From: Leidyana gryllorum EB-2025a
Taxonomy: Eukaryota > Protista > Apicomplexa
Direction of reading: 5' to 3'
Assembly: GCA_048772705.1 (NCBI GenBank)
Contig: JBLWGC010000211.1
Span: 1-64,000 of the forward strand
DNA: 64,000 nucleotides
Shown here: positions 57,969 to 64,000 of the stretch, in pieces
Position numbering within the stretch: position 1 is the stretch's first letter
Layout: each line of letters opens with the position of its first letter
Notes under the pieces: model-generated
What the model was told of the DNA's origin: nothing
The model's database searches: none
What the model saw: only the letters and a program-made list of their open reading frames with translations
Program-made: the position numbers and the translations under genes

Positions 57969-60179
57969 ATGATGCTAGTGCATTTTTCACTTCTTATATC
58001 TATCGCTATTGCATCAGCACATCAACAGGCGACTACTCGACGATTATCAGCTGAAACTGAAGCTTTAGTCAATTCACGGTTGATCTTTGTCTACGACGAT
58101 GGTGAATGCCGCGAATTAGAGGGCCTTCAGGAATATGGACCAAACTTCGAAGTGCCAGGCGATATGCCCTATCACCGGATGCGCGCACTGGGTGAACTGG
58201 AGCGTCGTATCACGGAACAGTGGAAAGAACGTGCGGACTACCGGGATCGCACTCGGTCCCTCGAACAGATATCCCACCCGCCTGCCGTGCGCACTGTTTA
58301 TCTTGAAGCTTTACAAATGGAGATAGCCAATGTACCTGAGGGTATGTCCCTCCGAGATCTTGAACAGATAGCACATGACTTGCCGTGTGTGAAATTCGTA
58401 TCCCGAGACGATGTGAAATTCGCTGAACCAGAACCAGTAGAAAATGTTGACGCAGACCTCCTATTGAAGAATCAAGACGAAGATCGGAGCACAGAGAGCT
58501 ACCAAAGCGGTCCTCCATCGGATCCCCTCTGGCGATATCAATGGGGCTTACAAAAGGGTGACGAGGACAGTTATGGGATCAATGCAGAAGCTGTATGGAA
58601 TGATTATGATTGGAGGGGATCTCCGAATATGGTGATAGCCATCATTGATTCCGGATGCAACCTCAATCATCCAGATATGACCGGGAAGTTCTGGCGGAAC
58701 CCTGGCGAAACGGATTGCAATGATGGAATTGATAATGATGGCAACGGCTTCATCGATGATTGCTGGGGCTGGGATTTCGTGGAGGAGGACAACGAACCTC
58801 AGGCAAAAGGAACTTCCCATGGAACTGCAGCCGCAGGAATCATAGCTGCTCGATCCAATAATACCGAAGGAGTTGTTGGCGTTTGTTGGGAATGCCAGCT
58901 GATGTGCTTGAGATTCATATCGAACACTGAAGGCACTGTGGCTAACGAGGTCCGGGCCATCGACTACGCTGTCCGCATGGGAGCAAAGATATCGAACAAT
59001 TCTTACGGAGGATATGCTCACTCGTAAGTATACCTGATCTACAGATCGCATTCTCCCTTAGGGGTAGCCGAGTTGAACAAGAAGCCATAGAGCGGGCCAA
59101 TAAGAAAGGACACCTATTCGTCACCTCTGCGGGCAATAATAATATCGGCACAGATGCTTCGGAGTGAGTTGGGATGATTTGCTGGCACATCACTCCTTGC
59201 AGGTACATCCATACACCCTCAGGGTACCCTGTTGCAAACATTCTTGCTGTTGGGGCATCTACCGAGAGCGGTCGCAAGACCTCTTTTTCCAATTGGGGAG
59301 CCCAAACCGTACACATGTTCGCGCCTGGTCGAAATGTCATTTCGACTGGTCGTGATGGTTATCTCATCAATCAAGGAACTAGCTTCGCTGCTCCACATGT
59401 GGCCGGGGTTGCTGGATTGATATGGTCGAAATTCCCTCAATTGTCGTCTGACGACATTGTCAGTGTGTTGATGGACTCCTGTCGAACAGCTGTCAATTTG
59501 AGTGAGTTAAGAACGGGTGATCTTGGAACACATAGACTTGTCAGAGGGTTTGGCCAAGTGTGGCGGAGTTGTCAATGCTGAGCTGGCGTTCCGAAGGGCA
59601 GAGCAGTTGGCAATGGAGAAGGACGAACAGACGGCAAGAAACGGTGCTTCCGTTCCGTCGGTTACATACTCCACGATTCAGGATACACTACGTAAGCTAC
59701 CTTCCATACTACGACCTGTTATTACTGCTATCTCTCGAATGCCCCCTCTGGGCCCTCCTATAACTTTTCCGGGGGAGGCGGCGCTGAAAGATGCTTTCGA
59801 CCAAGGCTTACTGCCTCCCAGTCGTCGTCGTCCCCTGGCTGCTCTACCAATGCCAGTCTTTCCACCAATCACCGCTCCAACCTTTCCACCACTCTCCGCA
59901 TCATCTTTCCAATTGCCAAGTTGGCCTACCTTGACGCCATTGAATCCCGTCGCTGTACCGCCTTTGCCAGTTCTTGGAGTTCAGGAAAGCAATGACGACA
60001 TCACCGGTTTTGATTCGACTGCGGCGGGCAAGGAACACTCAGGAGACTACGACTGGCAGCGGCTATTCGACTGCAAATTGTTTGCTGGTCGTGAGCACTG
60101 CCGCTACATCGGAGATCGTAAGTCGGAGGGTGTCCGGGTAGCCCGGGCGGAACGAATGCTGAAGCTAAAAGGCAGCTGA
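57969..60179 (+). CDS. Secreted subtilisin-like serine protease (S8), multi-exon
   Basis: Signal peptide; IAIIDSG, DNDGNGFIDD..GWDF, HGTAAAG, SAGN, GTSFAAPHVAG. Confidence 0.95.
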
Positions 60180-60276
60180 ACAAGGAGACCAAGGAGCGGT
60201 GCGGGTGGAACTGGACTATACATACGTGTGACTTCGCTCTACTCTTTTACCTACTGTCTGCCTTTTGAGATGAGTA

Positions 60277-61332
60277 TTGCTTACAGAAGATGGAGATGGG
60301 TTGGAGGTTGCCCCACCTGCGGTGGTTGCATTCTCCCCTCTCCCTATTACGTCTGAGCCTGATCTGCAGGCACACGTCACTGGAGCCGCCCCTCCTCCGC
60401 CCCCAGTGGTGTTGGGCGGTGGAAGAATTTCAGCGTCCGCGAATCCAAATACGTTGGCAGGGTGGTTCTCCAATCTGGTACTCAGCCCCACCCCCCCTAG
60501 CGGAGTCACGAACGTCTTGAATAGCTTGAGAGCTGGTGGATGGGGGATGAGCGCGCCACTATCCGAGAGTCATGGCCACCATAATGTGCGAGTCGCGGGC
60601 GTTGGTCAGGTGCGTTTCTTACAGCTTTGTCTCCCCACTTGCCACTAGGTACCCACCGAGGGCCATACTTCGTTGGCTGTGGATTTGTTGAACAGCACTG
60701 GTATTAGCGTCAATCCGAGTGAATTGGCTCTTGATCCGTATGCGGCTTACGCTGGAGGTGTCACAGCTTCGCTGCCAGCTACTTACGGGGATCTCTGGGC
60801 ACCAGGTATTAGAGCCTCCACCTTGGCGCATGGCGGCGCTCTCACTGACTGGCTCCCAGTTGCACGACGGATTGCCCGTGCTCCCTTCAATGGCGTTCTC
60901 GACTTTGTGTCGGCGGGAATGCAGCGCTTCCCTCATCACGCAGTATCGAGGCACATGGATACCAGCGGAGGACTGTATTCCTTTGTTCCACCCCACTACA
61001 TGATCGGCAATAATGGCCTATCGGCCTTATATCCATTCACGTCCCCTTTTCTGAGTGGATTCGCAGTTGGCGACAACGAGAATCTGCTAGAAACAGTGCT
61101 ACGGGAGACCGAAGGTGACGATGAGAAGCGAATACAGTGGAACGACGACGACCTGACTGCATTCGTGGATTTCGAGAAGTATCTAAGCCTCGGGGCACGA
61201 CAGAGTCGAGGAATTGAGAACTACGTTGTCGCAAGTGAGGACTGTGTAGATGCCGCGTTCGAGGAGTCTGGACCAGAGCTCCCGATCTTAGAGACCTCGG
61301 CAACTTTCTTCTTAAAGTTGTTGAGGAAGTGA
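60277..61332 (+). CDS. Hypothetical protein (probably spliced)
   Basis: ORFs 60277-60648 and 60673-61332 with a CAG/GTGCG..TAG intron candidate at 60610-60648; true start unclear. Confidence 0.45.
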
Positions 61333-61364
61333 AGGTGTTGCTAGTTAGTTATTTTTCATGAACT

Positions 61365-62174
61365 TCACTTAAGAGAAGGTGGTAGAGAAACGTTCGATGC
61401 TGCTGGTCCCGAGGAAGCTGGTACCCGACTGCCTGTTTGGGTTGTCGATTGAGGACTTGACGGTCGTTGTACTGGGACGATCTGCTGCGCAGGACTGGGA
61501 GTCGGATGTGTTGGGGTGGACACTGGCACTCGTTGAGTAGTTTCAGCGATAAGTGGGCGTTTTTGAGACGTAGTCGCAATGGGAGCAGGACGGGGACGTG
61601 ATTCTGCGACAACGGTCTGAGACGTTGCAAGACCGGCTGGCCTTGTTTCAGCAAGAACAGGTCGGGGAGGTGAGAGGGGAGTCGACGCTGGTCCGGGCAA
61701 CCGGTATGCTGGTGTCGCTACAGGTGATGAAACTGGTGCTTGGTAGGCCGGTTGGGCTGGAGGCACAACCGGCGTAGATTGGGGAGCGTCAAATGGCAGG
61801 GTGGGAGCTATTGCAGGCGTGGTGAGCGCCAGCGAATTTGTTTCGCCAGGCGGCAGGAGGAAGGGGTACTGCCATGCTCGCTTCAGTGGCTCTAAGAAAT
61901 TGAATGCCGGTCCTGTGTTGATGGGAGACAGAGGGGGAAACCAGTCAGGCAGCGGTCGGGGGGGCGGTGGAGGGATCGGAGGGGCAAAGTGTGTGTCTTG
62001 GCCGAATGTGGTCGGATAGAAGTAGGCTACCCTCAAATGCGGAGGCGGTAGCCTCAACGGAGCCAAATTCCAGTTCTTCGGCCTGAGCATTCTCAAAGGT
62101 GATGGTGCTTCCTCATTGGTGGCGATCTGTGCTGCGGAAATAGCGATAAGGCAGGAAGATGTGTACCTGAACAT
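61365..62174 (-). CDS. Secreted proline-rich protein
   Basis: MFRYTSSCLIAISAA signal-like N-terminus; P/T-rich body. Confidence 0.6.
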   Translation of the reverse strand: MFRYTSSCLIAISAAQIATNEEAPSPLRMLRPKNWNLAPLRLPPPHLRVAYFYPTTFGQDTHFAPPIPPPPPRPLPDWFPPLSPINTGPAFNFLEPLKRAWQYPFLLPPGETNSLALTTPAIAPTLPFDAPQSTPVVPPAQPAYQAPVSSPVATPAYRLPGPASTPLSPPRPVLAETRPAGLATSQTVVAESRPRPAPIATTSQKRPLIAETTQRVPVSTPTHPTPSPAQQIVPVQRPSSPQSTTQTGSRVPASSGPAASNVSLPPSLK

Positions 62175-62200
62175 TGGGTATATGTGGACACACACGTGTG

Positions 62201-62569
62201 CTATCCTTGAACTATTCGTTTGACGATGGCATCGATGGATAGTTGACTGTCGGGGGTGAGTGGAGCAGAGCGTCCAGCAGAGTCCGAATGTATCAGGCCG
62301 GCAAATGCCAAGATCTGTTGATGGGTCGGTTTGAAGATTTGGCCTGCTCTTATCATGTAGTGGACAAACTCCTTGAGGGATATGTTGGGCCTCTTATTGG
62401 TTATGTACAACAAGGCGTTTCTAACTTCTGCAGCAACAGTGACATCGTTATATTTGGCAGCAGCAGCCAAGTATTGGACGTCATCTAGGGGAAATCCTCC
62501 CCTGACCTCAAAATCATAAGCCAGGGCTTTCTGTTCAAGTGGGGACACGCGTCGGCCAATCGCGCTCAT
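62201..62569 (-). CDS. Hypothetical protein (may extend upstream)
   Basis: 122-aa ORF with globular-looking composition. Confidence 0.4.
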   Translation of the reverse strand: MSAIGRRVSPLEQKALAYDFEVRGGFPLDDVQYLAAAAKYNDVTVAAEVRNALLYITNKRPNISLKEFVHYMIRAGQIFKPTHQQILAFAGLIHSDSAGRSAPLTPDSQLSIDAIVKRIVQG

Positions 62570-62868
62570 GAGGAGGCACAGTTCAGTGTAGGTAATTTCC
62601 TCGTTCCGGTTGCCTTTGAGGCGGCTCAGTTCACTTAGTATGGGTGATGATTTAGTAGGGTAGGGTGGCTTCTGTCGGTTGGCCTTCAGAAGGCGTTGCC
62701 GGCGTTCAAGGGTAGCTTTGAACGCATCGGCGACGTCTTTTTGCTAGTTAGATCATGGTTCAGACAATGTTTGGAGTGAACTTACGCGTGCTTTGGAATT
62801 GCCTGGAAGCATTGGAGCACTGTTTGAAGGTGCATGACAGTGTCAAGCTGGAGGGAAAAAAAAAGTAG

Positions 62869-63601
62869 ATGAGTCGGCTGTTGGGGGGTGCATTGCCCGA
62901 AATCAGTCCTTTGTATGAGCGAAACCAGGAAGCTACATTATATGTAGGTAATCTGGATGCTCGTGTGGACGAGGATATTCTTTGGGAGCTATTCACTCAA
63001 TGCGGGCCTGTCAAGAATGTTCATGTGCCACGTGATAAAATCACCGGGATGCATCAAGGTGGGGTGCTGTGGCGGTTCAGCGTGTAATTGGGCTCTGACT
63101 TATGGCAGGTTACGGATTTGTGGAGTTTCAGTACGAGTTGGATGCTGAGTATGCAATGAAAGTGATGGCGCCTGTAAAGCTATTTCAAAAGCTGCTGAGA
63201 ATAAATAAAGCCGCCCAGGACAAGCGGCAATTTGAGGTGAGTCCGGCGGCGGGAAGTAGGTTATGGCGCATTCTGAATGTCAGGTGGGGGCGAACCTGTT
63301 TGTGGGCAACTTGGATCCGGACGTTGATGAGAAGAAGTTATATGATACATTTTCGTCCTTTGGTACCATATTGACGACAAAGATAATGCGGGATGCGGAC
63401 ACGGGTGAAAGTCGTGGGTTCGGTTTCGTGAGTTTCGATACGTTCGAGGCGTCCGATTTGGCATTATATTCGATGAATGGGCAGTTCCTGTGGAACCGAC
63501 CTGTTCATGTATCATATGCCTACAAGAAGGATACGAAGGGCGAGCGTCATGGGTCAGCGGCTGAACGGCTGATTGCAGCAAATCGTGTTGGAGTTGAGTA
63601 G
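62869..63601 (+). CDS. SF3B4: Splicing factor 3B subunit 4 (SAP49), two RRMs, 3 exons
   Basis: [77 protein letters not shown]. Confidence 0.96.
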
Positions 63602-64000
63602 CAACGGAGTCGTAATCCAATCGGGCAGCAGCTAATTGTAGTTAGGCAATGCAGCAATGTCGAGGATCTAATAAAGTTGGTCTTTTAGCATTTTTGGTGC
63701 CAAGCTGGTTCGCCCGGGCAGGCGGGCAATTCTTCCTACTCTATACCAAACGACTAAACTATGCGTTCTCGGGACCCCTCCCCGTCGAGGGGACAGATGA
63801 CAATCACTCTCAAGACGGCGGCAACTGCCGCTGGTGAACCTGATGAAACAGTGAGTGCTGCCTATATTTGTATGGATGTACTGTGTGCCCCAGGCGCGCG
63901 TGCGCATAGAAGTGAACAACCCTGAGCTGGTTGCTGAGCGCGTTGTAAATCAGTTGGCTAAAAGGTTCCCACCGGAGAGTGTAGTCACTCTGGCCGCTGG

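Noticed and set aside
18124-63601. Functional cluster of splicing genes (PRP38B, PPIL4, SF3B4) linked to the snRNA-like module
   Set aside because: Scattered over 45 kb among unrelated genes; expected by chance in a compact genome.
1-64000. tRNA, rRNA, telomeric repeats and the many short antisense or overlapping ORFs in the track
   Set aside because: No cloverleaf, rRNA core or telomere motif recognised; the short ORFs are shadows of real genes in GC-balanced DNA.

Overview
Eukaryotic protist DNA, gene-dense, with short GT-AG introns (mostly ~40-45 nt where counted). It is probably an alveolate, perhaps a gregarine-like apicomplexan; this is an inference from the Rab1A-type Rab, the compact layout and the secreted-protein content. 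Positions 1-13.4 kb are a transposon-rich zone. It holds an intact minus-strand non-LTR retrotransposon with zinc fingers, RT and a restriction-like endonuclease (RLE), of NeSL/Utopia/R2 type. A frameshifted sister copy follows head-to-tail, and a decayed Ty3/Gypsy pol fragment lies nearby. The most striking observation is the leader in front of each non-LTR copy: a divergent U2 snRNA-like sequence fused directly to a U1 snRNA-like sequence. The U2-like part is structurally complete in the intact copy (stem I, BSL, IIa/IIb/IIc, III, IV, with compensatory changes). Its branch-site recognition sequence and the U1-like 5'-splice-site recognition sequence are both rewritten. The intact element's 3' junction falls about where Utopia/Keno elements insert in U2. 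All RNA folds were done by eye and need covariance-model confirmation. From 14.6 kb onward are host genes: AA15-like LPMO, PRP38B, a stand-alone RFTS-domain protein, a cluster of secreted proteins, a START protein, an AlkB homologue, ASD, a divergent formin, SMC4, BMS1, Rab1A, a DEAD-box helicase, a bacterial-type MFS, PPIL4, NOB1, a subtilisin and SF3B4. Multi-exon gene coordinates are approximate gene spans.
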